DNA of 64,000 nucleotides from Sphagnum compactum (Eukaryota): NCBI GenBank assembly GCA_965153455.1, contig OZ234493.1, positions 36,198,213 to 36,262,212 of the forward strand, read 5' to 3'. Shown piece by piece: positions 52,284 to 64,000 of this stretch (position 1 is its first letter; each line of letters starts with the position of its first letter). The notes under the pieces were generated by a model. It saw only the letters and a program-made list of their open reading frames with translations, ran no database searches and was not told where the DNA came from. The position numbers and the translations under genes were made by a program.

Positions 52284-53761
52284 ATGGTAAGGACTGCAGG
52301 AATTGGAGGGACATCATCAGTGGTAGTATTGGACAATGGAGGTGGGTTTTGCAAAGCAGGAATGGCAGGGCAGTTGGAGCCTACAGCAGTGGTGCCCAAT
52401 TGCCTGGCACGCCCACGGAGCTCAAAGAAGTGGCTGGTTGGTGACCAACTTCAAGAGTGTGATGAGATCCAGGCAATAGCTCTGCGTCGGCCTGTGGACC
52501 GAGGCTACCTCATCAGTCCGGAAACAGAGAGAGAAATCTGGGAGCGGATTTTCAAGATTCATCTCAAGATCAATCCTTCTGACTGTGGGTTGATGCTTGT
52601 TGATCCTCTTTTCCATTTGCCATCAACACAACGAGCGACAGATGAGCTCGTGTTTGAAGACTTTGGTTTCCAGTCTCTGTGTGTTGGTAATGCACCTGTT
52701 TTCACACATGCTTATCAAGCTCATAAGAAACCCACAAGCCTTCTTGCCCGTTCCAAGTGCAGCTTAGTTGTGGACTCAGGTTTTTCCTTTACACATGCTG
52801 CCCCTGTTTTCCAGAACAGGGTGGTGAGTGGTGCAGTGAAGCGTATCAACCTGGGGGGCAAGGCACTGACAAACTACTTGAAGGAGTTGGTGTCTTATCG
52901 AGCTTGGAATGTCATGGACGAAACATACATCATGGAGGATGTGAAGGAGAAGCTGTGCTTTTGCTCCCTGGATATTGTTAGAGACCTGACAATTGCGCGG
53001 TCTGTTTACTCTCCTGGTCTCTTCTGATCTCCTTGTATTTTAAAGGGATTGAACTCTCTTTTTTTAATTCTTGCTGTTCCAGAGCTTTTGGGTTTGTGAT
53101 CACCAGTTTGATTCAGTATTCAGTGAATGGTTTTTGCAAGGGATTGAGTTCTGGAAGTTCTTTTTTGGTTGGCAGGAAAAAAGGCAAGGAGAATTCCTTA
53201 CAGTGCAAGTATGTCTTGCCGGACGGAATCAAGTACATGCGGGGCTTTGTGAAAGACACTAGTTCTGCAGCTCTCAAGGCAGATGATTCTGAAGATGATG
53301 ATGTTGAAATTATGGGAGGATCAAATCCAAGGCCAAGAAGAACCATGCCTGAAAAACAAGAAGAACAGGAGCTTACATTGACAAATGAACGCTTTCTGGT
53401 CCCAGAAATGCTCTTCCATCCTGTTGACCTTGGAATGAATGAGGCAGGATTGGCAGAGTGTATTGTTCGGGCAGTTACTGCTTGTGATTCTTATCTGCAC
53501 CCACTTCTGTACTCCAGTGTTGTGCTTACAGGTGGAAATACTCTGCTTCCAGGCTTCAAAGAGCGTTTAGAGCTTGAGCTGCGCCCTCTTGTCCCTGATG
53601 AATTTGATCTTCATGTTGACCTCGTTGACAGTCCAATTGTTGCAGCATGGAAGGGCGCATCTCTGATGGCTGCAAGCCCTGATTTTCAAGGGTGGTCTGT
53701 CACTAAAGCAGAGTATGAAGAAGATGGCACCTTGAGATGTCGCCAAAGGTTTTTGCATTAA
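52284..53761 (+). CDS. ARP6: Actin-related protein 6 (SWR1 complex), 433 aa; exons 52284-52999, 53176-53761
   Basis: VVVLDNGGGFCKAG, LRRPVDRGYL, DELVFEDFGF, VVDSGFSFTHAAPV, RINLGGKALTNYLKELVSYR, MDETYIMEDVKEKLCF, YVLPDG, LTNERFLVPEMLFHP, AGLAECIVRAV, C-terminal CRQRFLH. One phase-2 intron. Confidence 0.96.
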
Positions 53762-54449
53762 CTCCTGACTGATGACGATTGCATCATGAAGTCAAGGAAA
53801 GAAACATAAGCATTGACATGTGAGTACTCTTGTCAACCACAAATTCTGACTCCACATTGGTCCTTTGCTTCCAGTTGGCTTGGTTCTCAATGAATTGGTT
53901 CTTAGTCACCTCCATCCAGCTATCCTGCAGTGATGATCGATTTGCATCTTGAGGAAATAATGTGATATGCTCTTTGCATTTACAGGACTTAGATTCATTC
54001 TTGAACAGGACCAAGCTAAAGCAAATTGAGAGCTTACCCTGACAAGCTTGTTGCAGCTTGAAGGAGGATACTGTGGATGTTTTTTTATCAGACATGCCTC
54101 TTAAGTGCTGACTGAGTCTTCACATCACTTCCAGAAATGCATCAGGAACTCGAAAAATTTGTTTGTTGGAATTCTGGGGAGATTATTATACACTTGTCTA
54201 CACCCAATGGCAGGAGCTGATGAAAGTCAGTATGATATTCACTGCCATTCATGATGAAGGTGATGGGTTGGATATTATTTGAGTGACACTCAGAAGCTTA
54301 TGACTGTACATAGGGATTATGCCAGCATTTGATGCTGTCATGAATGAAATTTCAAGATTGACTTAAACATCCATTCAAGAGTACATATGTACAGAACATG
54401 CATAGAGCTCATGTATGTATTGCAGATTGCAAGCAAATTGGTGTGATGA

Positions 54450-54870
54450 ATGTGAAGGTGGAAGTACATTAACGTGGATGATTGTTGATGAAAATATACA
54501 AAATTGTGGCTATGGGCAGAGATATGTGGATGGATGTTGGTGAACATCATTGAGTTCATGGATGAAATATATTATGTTGATGAATGTTAGTAGAAAATTG
54601 ATGAACATGGATGGATGTGGATGAGTGTGAATGAAAGTGGATGTGATTAGAGGAATGAGGATGAATGTGAATGCCCTTTGTTTCATGTATGAAAAAATGT
54701 GGATGAATACTTGGATGTGCATTGGTGGATGCATATGAATGAGGATGAAAGTGGATGAATTATGGATGTGCATAGGAATGTGGATGGGTATGGACAAATG
54801 ACAATGAACATTGTAGTGTGCAATGGATTAATCTGGATAAATGTATATGAATACATGGACGGAGAAGATT
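54450..54870. repeat. GGATG/TGAATG-rich low-complexity tract
   Basis: Dense gtggatg / tgaatg motifs. Confidence 0.6.
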
Positions 54871-55289
54871 GATTTGTTGCATGATTGTTAGACTTCCAAC
54901 CAGGGTTTTTTAATAATTTTTCTAAATAAATTGGGTGGAATGCTTGGATGGTGCATTTGTTTTGGGCTGGTGATTTCAATTGACTGCCATAGTACCATTT
55001 TGAAATATTCTAAGCGAATTTTATTTATTTTTCTCATTTTTTCACTTCAGCCTTCCAATTGCAAATTTCCTTAAAAATTCAGATGTAATAAAAGTGAAAT
55101 AATAATGATTTGACCTATTATTGCAAATAGGTACCTATGGTAGTTACATAGGTATTCATAAATAGACACCTAGTTTAAATGCTATTAAACTAGACCCTAA
55201 CAACATGAGTTAGCCAATTGTGATGATTTAGGGTAGGTACTTGTTACTGGAATTTAGTTGGCATATCTTGCATTTTTTGGGCTTATTCT

Positions 55290-55700
55290 TTACATTCCAC
55301 ACTAACTTTCTTCCCATTTAAAGAATGTTATATATGCAATTCGATATAAAAGGAACATACAAACATTTTGCTAATTTTTGTTCCTACCAATTGCACAAGT
55401 GAACTGCAAATAACAAATGTGATCTTGCAAAAGCCATTAAAGCATGTGTTCAAGGTTCATTTGAATTCATGGACTTTTTAGAAATTAAGGACCCAATGGA
55501 GGATGGGCAAGAACTAGAGATAGATTTCAAGATAAGCAACTTAAAGCCTAGGATTGGTAGCTGGTTCCACTCAACATGGAACGAAGTCAAAGCCATGAGA
55601 GACACAATCATTAAAGGATGGGACAAGACATGTATCATTAAAGTTTTTTTACTTGCATTTCAGCTTCCAGCAATGGAAGCTAACATTGTAACACCTTTTT
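55290..55700 (+). mobile_element. Decayed pogo/Tc1-mariner (DDE_1) transposase fragment
   Basis: FVPTNCTSELQITNVILQKPLKH (55377-55445) resembles the DDE_1 motif F.P.N.T..LQP.D......K. Downstream IIKGWDK segment. Confidence 0.6.
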
Positions 55701-58700
55701 TCAAGGAACAAACAAATGTGGTAGTGGTTGAAAAGGTCAATTATGACATTGATCCAACAATGCCAATGTCACAATTGTTGAGAACCACCTCCAGCCTACA
55801 TCATTAACCACATGTGTAAGGCCATTGGGAATAAGACAAAAGATGCGTGCACAAGCTAGGAAGAAAAAGACTCCTATTCCTAGAGGGATGAAGAACACTA
55901 ACATGTTCCTATTAGCTTGTGATGTTGTTGTTGTTGTCGTTGTCCAGAACAAGCTTGTCTTACAAAGTCATTGCCAAAGTTGTTGCCAATTTTTACAACA
56001 ACTACTACTACATGGAAGAAGAACACTTCCATGCTATTGCCAACTTCTACAATTTTTGCTACTACTCCAAAAGAAGTTGTTACACCATCACCAACTTGTA
56101 CAATTATTGTAACTACTTCATCACTTCTAGTGTAAGTTAATGGAAAAAATAAAATGTTGTTCATAAAATTTCCTGAAATTTAAATGTTTACCCAAATAAT
56201 GTTACAAACATTGGAATCGAAAAATTAATTGAATGATAATAGAACGAATAGGAGTAAAACACAACAAAAAGGTTCATATCATGATCAACATTTACCTTGG
56301 GTAGCATTATAAGCTTGAAAATGCCATAACCATTAATTCAACTCAAAGGTTTCAAGAAACATCTATGGGCTTGCTTAATTGATTCATCTCTTTGGAAAGT
56401 TCTTCAATAGCTCCTTGGTTTCCTAATTTAGGATTCACATGAGGCAAGAGTTATTAGTGTCTTCTTATTGAAATCTTCATATTTTTTGGAAATCGGATGT
56501 GCTAAAGTACTTAGAATAGTTGTTGTTATTAAATTCCTTGATAATTTTTCCTAATTACCATTTTATAACATAAGATAAACTTCTTCCCATCATGAACTCA
56601 GAATTTTGAACTTCATCTTTCACTCAACTTATGAAACACTGCATTTCCTTGCGAAACAAAAGCAAACATATTCAAGACCAACCATGCACCAAAAACACTT
56701 TGTTGTATGCATTTAGGACTTTTTCAAGTAGTAGAACCCATTTATTTATGAAGTCTACCATCCTTTTTTGCACGTAAACTTCTTTTTCATCTTTATCAAC
56801 CCCAATTTCAACCTACATTCTATCCTCAAAGGTTATGGGTGTATCTTCCCCACCTATGTTCAAATGTCCAAAAACACATACATGACATACAATCAAGGAA
56901 CACAATAATATATAAACATAGAACTTTTCCTTGGGAATCCCAATACTTCCAAGCATGATCCACATAGATCCAACATTCCTAAACCCATCATGCCCATTCA
57001 AACAAACTATATTGGGTATGAAAAAAAAGTTAAACCCTTTTTAGAGAGATCTTCAATGTTGCCAAAACCACTACCCATGTCTTTATTTCTTGATGGACCA
57101 ACAATAACACTATTATCAACTCTTCTCAAAAGAAGTTCCTTTTGCACCACTAGTTGCAAACCCAACCAGGTGTTTAGAATAGGGAGCACGTATATGGAAA
57201 TGGACAAATCTAATTCATATGGAGAATAAATCAGGTGGATGTTGAGGTGAGAACATTTCCAAAGGAGGTTTGTACTTAGGGTATGGAAAAAATAACCTTT
57301 GATAATCTACAAATCTTCCTACTTTTGTATTATGCCTCTACTTGCACTTTAATGCACTCATCTTGATACAAAACCTTGTTAAATGGATACTTGGGATGTT
57401 GCCCCAAATAATGACAAATGTTGTTGCTATTATTTAAAGACTATGGTCCAATAGTTCTATAACAAGCTCAAAAGAAGGAACCCATGGTCTAGGAACTTGA
57501 TGCTAATCATACCAAACCATGATGACAAAACAAAGTTACAAATTAGGGGTGAGGATGATAGGAGGTTTGATTGCCATACCAAACTTGTAGCAATGACAAC
57601 ACCTTCACTAAACCATGTCTGAATGCACATGCACAAACGTAACTTTGGTTGGTGGCAACGATGATAGGATTAACCATAAGCAATTAAAAATTGGGTACAT
57701 GAAATCTTTAGGGCATTCCTTCAATTGTGGAATAATGCATAATAGTAGTAATGTGCTAGTGGTGGAGGAGCTTGACATCTTTTTTTTCTTCTTCAAGTTT
57801 GTTGTCTCGTCCATCTCCCAAGATGATGACAAGGAGTTCTTTCAGTAGCTCTTTAACTCCTAATATTGCTAACTACAACAAGATTCCACCTCCCATGGAG
57901 CTTGTCCTCTCCACTATGCCTTCCAATATGAACCTTTTGCTATTGTTTTGCTCTTGTAATCACATTTTTGAAACCCATCATTAACCAAAATCCAAAACCT
58001 TTCAGAGTTTGCTTTTCTACACAATTGCCATCATGTGATATTTCTTAGATTTTTGTACCTATTTGAATTAAGGCATGAAGACAATTACAATACCCTAGAA
58101 AAGGAGCATCAAACATTGAAAAGTTTAACAGTCAAAATGTTTTACTGAAAATAAGTCGAAAGGCAAAATCACTCTAGAATTACACCTCATTAGGAGAGAA
58201 GAAAATTATACATTATTCCTCCCTCATTGCTTTCTGGAGATTAAATGCTTCCTTTCAGTGATGATGTGAAGAGGAGTTCTTTGAAAATGATGTAATTATT
58301 GATGATGATCTTGTGTTTCAACCAATGATTATAAATGTTGTAGCAACAATGTGATTATAAAAAAAGTTGTAGAAGAAGTTATAGATCAGCAATGTTTGTT
58401 AATGGAATCAACTGTTTCTCTAAGTCAAACAAACTTCAAACACAATGATCATGTGATGGTGAAGATCAAGAGGTGCTGATGGACATATGAACATGATGAT
58501 CCATAAATTTTGACACTTTAAAACTAGGTTTTGTGAAACTTTAGTCAAGGTGACTAGTTATTTTTTAATTGTTTTGAATTTTATTGTCATTATTTCAAAT
58601 ATGACCAAAATGGTAAAAGTATTATGGTATTCAAATTTTATTTAGCCCTAGAAGTGGCTAATTGAAGTCTCAATGAATTTTTCTTTCTTCACAACCTTGG

Positions 58701-59479
58701 GGTGAGAACCCAATAAATGTTTTAGGGTCAGAAGGCTACTATAAAGTCCCGTTAGTTTTTTCTTAGTATTATTTTTGGACCTTCCCCTGCCCAAATTTCT
58801 CACTGAAATTCAGAATGTATAATACAGCTTGTCAACTATGCCTTCTGGATTTCGGAAGATACAATTATCAGTTTTCATTTTTTAATATTTATTTTTCTTT
58901 ATTTATTATTTCATTTTCTTTACTTGCATTGAGTGATTGCCATTGTGTTGTTGTTCTTGTTTTGGGCCCATTTCTTTATGCTGGGTAAAGCCCTCTTGAA
59001 CATCTCAAAATGTTCAAGGCACCCATAGGCACCCATTCTGCTAGGGCCTCGCCTCAAGGGCCCCTTATTTCGGTAATGCCCTCATCCTAGGGCTTTACCA
59101 TACACAATTTTTTTTCATGTTTATGTCCAAGTGACTATTAGATGTGAAGCAAGTTAAACTAAGGAAACAACAAATCTTTGAACATAGTCAGAAAAAAAAA
59201 TTTTACCAAAATTTAATCAAACACTTCAAGTGTCAATCTTCCTTAGAATGCTTGAGAAAAAAAAAAAAAAAAAAAAAAACAAGATAAAAGATCCCACCTT
59301 CTCCAAATTTTGGGTTTCAATACCACTCTAATAAAATTCGGTGTCATCCACCCTAATTGTTCCTGAGACATGTGTCAAAATTGACCCTAGTTTCAAAACT
59401 AGGGTAACCTCTCAGGTACGGGTTTACTAGAGGCCTACACACTTACCTCGCTGTAAGATCATAAACCCTTGAAGGGGCA

Positions 59480-59858
59480 ACAATGAACCAGCACCCACCA
59501 GTGCACCATGAAGGATGGATGGTAAGTGGTCAGGAAACAATTTTCTGTTGGGTTCCAGTTCCCTAGCTAACCATGGTGGTTAGTTCAGTTGCTTTTTTTT
59601 TCTACCCACCTACTAACAACCCACAAGTTGTGGGTTGTTAGTAGGTAGGTAGTAAAAACAGTCCTTTACCTATGTATAAACCATGTACTTACTTAGTAGT
59701 TGACCTATTTTCCTACCTATCTACCTATTTATGAGACCTATTCCTTACAGAATTGGTTACCAAGTTGAAACCAAATATTAACTCAGTTGAGGTTCATCCA
59801 CAAATGAGTTATGACAGGCATCCAGTGGATGGTGCACTGGTGGGTGCTGGTTCACTGT
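59480..59858. mobile_element. MITE with 30-bp TIRs
   Basis: acaatgaaccagcacccaccagtgcaccat (59480-59509) matches the reverse complement of 59829-59858 at 29/30. A partial degenerate copy of the right half lies at ~10780-10925. Confidence 0.85.
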
Positions 59859-60629
59859 GGCTGGCTTCCTAGGTACAGTACAGTACAGGGGCAGCATCAA
59901 CACATGTTTGTCCAATAATGAATTAAATTTGAAGATTTCATGTAGAAATTAAAAAATCTGAATATTTGAAAAGAATCTTTATTTTCCTTTCAGAAAATTT
60001 AGTTTTTTTCTTTTTTTTTGACAGAAAAAAATTTAAAACAAAGTGCAAAATTAATGTGCTAAAACCCTGTCTGTAAATAGCTATTACACATTGACCGGTT
60101 AGAAACTCAAGATAACCAAGAAAACAAATTAGATCACCAAATCTAGCAATGCGGTTGGCCAAAAAATAATAATCTTCCAGCCTACACACACCCCTATTTC
60201 ACTAAACATTGAAAATAATGATCCTTTTCTACCATTTCCATTGGTCTCCTAAAATTCTCTCAGACCTACCAAACCCTATTACACATTTTACTCTTACTAT
60301 AATGCCTGGGCCACTTCAACACTAATTATACTATTTTTAAAGTAATGTTTTAAATTTTCAAAAAATATTCTTTATGTAGATTTTTCTGATTCTATTTGAG
60401 AATACATCATTTGTTGAAATGAAATCCTCAAAATTAAATAATTATTCAATAAACATGTGTTGAAAGTGACCAAGGTACTAAAGTAGTTTAGTCAAAATAA
60501 CTAAGGAAAAATATTCCAAGATCACCAAATCCAGCAATTTCATTGGCCATAACATGTTTTTCTACACACCTACACACAAGCCTATTCAACATCCTCTCTA
60601 TATTTAGTACTTGTATAGTAGTACTCCAA

Positions 60630-61190
60630 GAGCATCTCCACCAACACTCAGTAAGCGACCCTGCACTGGAAATCTTGGATGAGGTTCAAGAGTTGAATCC
60701 AGTGGAAGACTTCTAGGACCCTGAAAAAAGGAGCCCTTGCTTGTTCCGGGTGGGTTTCTATTAGTAGTCTCCTACCTACTTGCAGTCCCAATTTCAGTGT
60801 AATGGGTGGATGTTGGAAAAAAGTTGGTAACTAAAACTTGGATGTGAAAATATTTTTGCAGGGTCACATACTGAGCGTTTATGGAGGGCTCAGGTTATTT
60901 TTCACATCCAACTTTAGTTATTTATTTTTTTGCAAAACTGGGACAGCAAATAGGTGGGGTACTACTAATAGCAAACCACCTAGACCAATCATTATGATAG
61001 GCCAATCAGAACCATGAGGAGCAGTTAGATCATATTTATGACACTCTTTACCAGAGGTGCTGCGCCTTTTACCAGCCACTGCAAAGCGTTTCACGTGAGC
61101 CATTTTCCTGAGCCAAACCGGCACATTTTGATTTTTCTTCATCCAATTTTGTTGTGCAGTCTCACATACTGAGCACCACTGGAGATGCTC
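60630..61190. mobile_element. PIF/Harbinger (Tourist-like) MITE
   Basis: TIR GAGCATCTCCA..CTCAGTA / TACTGAG..TGGAGATGCTC. Flanks CAA and TAA are consistent with a TAA TSD. Confidence 0.75.
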
Positions 61191-61632
61191 TAATACTATA
61201 ACCCTTCTTTGTACACAGACACAGGGTTTTAAAGGTTTTGAACATCTCTACAAACAAAGGTAATTATAGTCTCGAAAGTTGCCAAGGTGTTTTACCTACT
61301 ATTGTACTGTGGTTCCCCAGACTCTCCCTTCAAGGCAGAGCCAACAAAGACAAAAGAAAAAAAGAAACAACAGTGAAAAGGGATGGGTCCTTATCCAACA
61401 ACCTCTCTCTTTGCCTATCATTTCTATGCACCTAAATTATAATATGTGGCAGTCCATAGCCCATTACACATATGTACAACCCAAATGCAAAATTTAGTCC
61501 CTTTTCTTCAGTTTCAATCTTTGAACAATCTGCTACCTCCAAATTCAATTACACAAAAAGTGTTATTATTATTGTTGTTGTTGATTTGTTGATGTTTGTT
61601 GTTGTTGTTGTAATAACTTGGTTGTTTGTTGG

Positions 61633-63850
61633 ATGGCTACACTACTCTCAGCATTTGTTGCACCACCATGTGTTGTTGGGAAGCAGAAGAAGTCATCACT
61701 ATTGGCTTTTCAATTGCAACAACAACAACAACATCCAAGCTTGAATGTTGCAGTGGGAACAACAACAACAACAACAACATATAGCACAAGGAAACTTGGG
61801 ATTGTCAGATTTTGGAGCTCTTGCAATGCCAAGTATGAAAGTAACAATGTTTGTGGTGAATTTAAGGTAATGTTTGTTGTTGTTGGTTTTTCTGTTTTCA
61901 AGTCCTGTTTCTTTCCTTTTGTTATTGAATCTGTTGTTGTTATTGTTGTTATTTTTTTGAATGTAAGTTCGGGGGCATTTTTGTTGTTGTTGTTGTTGAC
62001 AGAATGAGAAGGATTCTAGGGTTGTGCCACAACGAGGTTGGGAAAACAGGTGCTGCTGGGTAGAGGGCAGGATGGCGGCCATCCTTTTGGCTCTAGTTCA
62101 AGCTGTTGCTGCGCCCATTCCATTGGATGGAACAATACTAGGGGAGTGGAGTTTGGAACCAGCAGAAGCAGTACTCTACTCGCCTGATACAAAGGTACCT
62201 CGATCTGCGGAAGTTGCACTTCGACGGGCAATTCCAGCCGTGAATCCATCCATGAAGAAAATGCAGGTTAGGGTTGTGCTTTTCTCGGTGTCTCCCTTTC
62301 CCAGTTCCTTGAATTTCCTAGTAGCAAAGCAATTTTCCAATAGTAGAAATATCTCTATTTGCAGAAGTCACACTTAGACAGTAATTACCCATCCATGAAA
62401 AAAATTCAGGTTAGGGTTATTGTTTTTCTTTGGGTCCGTCTTTCCCAGTTCCTTAAGTTTCCTAGTAGCAAACCAATAGAATACAAAGATACCTCTATTT
62501 GCAGAAGTTACACTTCAAGGGGCAATTCCAGCTGTGAACCCATCAATGAAGAAAATGCAGGTTAGGGTTTGAGCTTTTCTTCATGTCTCTTTCCCATTTC
62601 CTTGAGTTTCCTAGTAGCAAAGCAATTTTCCAATATTAGAATACAAAAGGTTATTTGCAGAAGTTGCACTTCGATGGGCAATTCCTGCCATGAAACCATT
62701 CATGAAGAAAATGCAGGTTTGGGTTGTGCTTTTCTTCATGTCACTCTTTCCTGGTTCCTTGAGTTTGCTACTAGCAAAGCAATTTTCCCATAGTAGACTT
62801 GTTTCAGCACTGTCATGTGCAGCAACTAAACCCTTTTTTCTTGCCCTCTCTTCATCCAATGAGATCATTATTCGGGGGATAAGCTAGGTGGAATTACTCG
62901 CTCAAGTGCTGTTGTTTCTTCTTCCGGAATTGGTCTGATCCAACAGGAATCATTGGAGGATATATTTTATCTGCTGCGCATACCACAGCGCAAACCCTAT
63001 GGCTCAATGGAGAATGATGTCAAGAAGGCTATAAAGGTGATGATTATGGACTTTCTCTTTCCTGTAGTCATAATTACATTCAAACTCTTTGCATGTTGGG
63101 TGCATTGCTGGGTGCTTAATTATGAGGTAGAAGCAGTTGCTGCATAGTTTCTGGTTTGTGTGTTAAAGGCCTCCTGTTTGACCTAGGGTGAGATGTTGTG
63201 TGTTCCGTGAATTTAAACATGGCAGAACAGGCTAATTGTGTGTGGTATTGCAGCTTGCAACTGATGATAAAGCTGCAATTTTAGCAGCATTGCCACCTGA
63301 TCAAATTGAAAGGGGCACAGACCTCTTCAACAAGCTCGTTAGTGGCAAGGTATGATGACAGCATCCTCATCCTCTAGAGTGATTGGTTGTCAAGTCTCTG
63401 TTTCAAGAAACTACCAATTCAAGTATCTATGTTGCGCTGTTGAAATGTCAGGCCACTGAAAATATGTCCTTGCTCTGAGTTCAATGCTGTTCTTTGCAAA
63501 TTGCCAAGGAAGTTTAATATTCCTGTTCTTTTGCCATATCTATGGCCTTGCACTGGTTCTCCCTAGGAATGTACTGTAGCATGTTGATATACACACTGGT
63601 AGAAGCTGATGATGGTGCCTAGAATCCACCTCTGACAGGGGGCAGTAGGAACAGATGGGGCTGCAAGACTCTGGCCTGAGAAGAAGCTCTCATTTGTGCT
63701 AGCTTTGGCTGGTGTCATATAAATCATGATGGTGGGGTAAAGGGTGGGTTAGAGTCTGTGCTGGAGGCAATTGCAGCCAAGGATGCTGATAAGGTCTCTA
63801 TTCGGCTTGCATCGTCACTTGACACACTTTCTCAGCTTGAATTAGCGCAG
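61633..63850 (+). CDS. CYP37: Thylakoid-lumen cyclophilin CYP37 (partial; continues past the window); exons 61633-61866, 62003-62266, 62947-63036, 63254-63349, 63743-63850
   Basis: Bipartite transit peptide ending in AEA, then VLYSPDTKVPRSAEVALRRAIPAVNPSMKKMQ|ESLEDIFYLLRIPQRKPYGSMENDVKKAIK|LATDDKAAILA...GK|GGLESVLEAIAAKDADKVSIRLASSLDTLSQLELAQ, matching Arabidopsis CYP37 as recalled. All introns are phase 0. Confidence 0.92.
62207..62795 (+). repeat. Four tandem copies (~140-156 bp) of the CYP37 exon-2 3' end plus intron-2 start
   Basis: gc(g/a)gaagt..cactt...catgaagaaaatgcag|gtt(a/t)gggtt...tagcaaagcaattttcc at ~62207, 62361, 62501 and 62657. Confidence 0.92.
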
Positions 63851-64000
63851 GTAGATTTGTTCTCCTGTCTTCCTCTTATTTCAGGTCAAGAGACATAGAA
63901 AGCAATTGGCAAATTCTGAATCAAGGTGCTACACCCTTTTCAAGTAAGCCTAATAGTACCCAGCAGGCTAGCATTCCTCTGAAAGCTTTAGTCAACTGCC

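Noticed and set aside
56500-58560. Short ORFs that might be retroelement remnants
   Set aside because: No recognisable motif; left unassigned.

Overview
AT-rich nuclear DNA from a land plant, most likely a moss such as Sphagnum. That assignment is an inference from the GT-AG introns, a DYW-type PPR pseudogene, an intron-containing acetate kinase and heavily decayed transposons. Protein-coding genes I could reconstruct: an intronless RR-TZF tandem CCCH zinc-finger gene (17077-19149 +); a 4-exon acetate kinase (36443-39406 +); a 4-exon small EF-hand protein with a myristoylation motif (46380-44487 -); a 3-exon RPP14/Pop8-like RNase P/MRP subunit (51118-51802 +), which the ORF track shows only as a fragment and which is followed 481 bp later by ARP6 (52284-53761 +); and the first five exons of thylakoid cyclophilin CYP37 (61633 to beyond the window end, +). 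Other content: a mitochondrial nad7 fragment (NUMT), a PLS-E-DYW PPR pseudogene, decayed L1, hAT, pogo and CRE-like elements, a 3.2-kb CACTA element carrying a ~181-bp satellite-like array, a Helitron-like insert and several MITEs. Best leads: (1) a possible RPP14-ARP6 bicistronic locus, with an apparent compensated frameshift at the RPP14 N-terminus; (2) acetate kinase in a land plant; (3) tandem duplication of a CYP37 exon/intron junction that creates potential new cassette exons; (4) a 320-bp element always bounded by TTGTT direct repeats. All homology calls come from recalled family motifs; no database searches were run.
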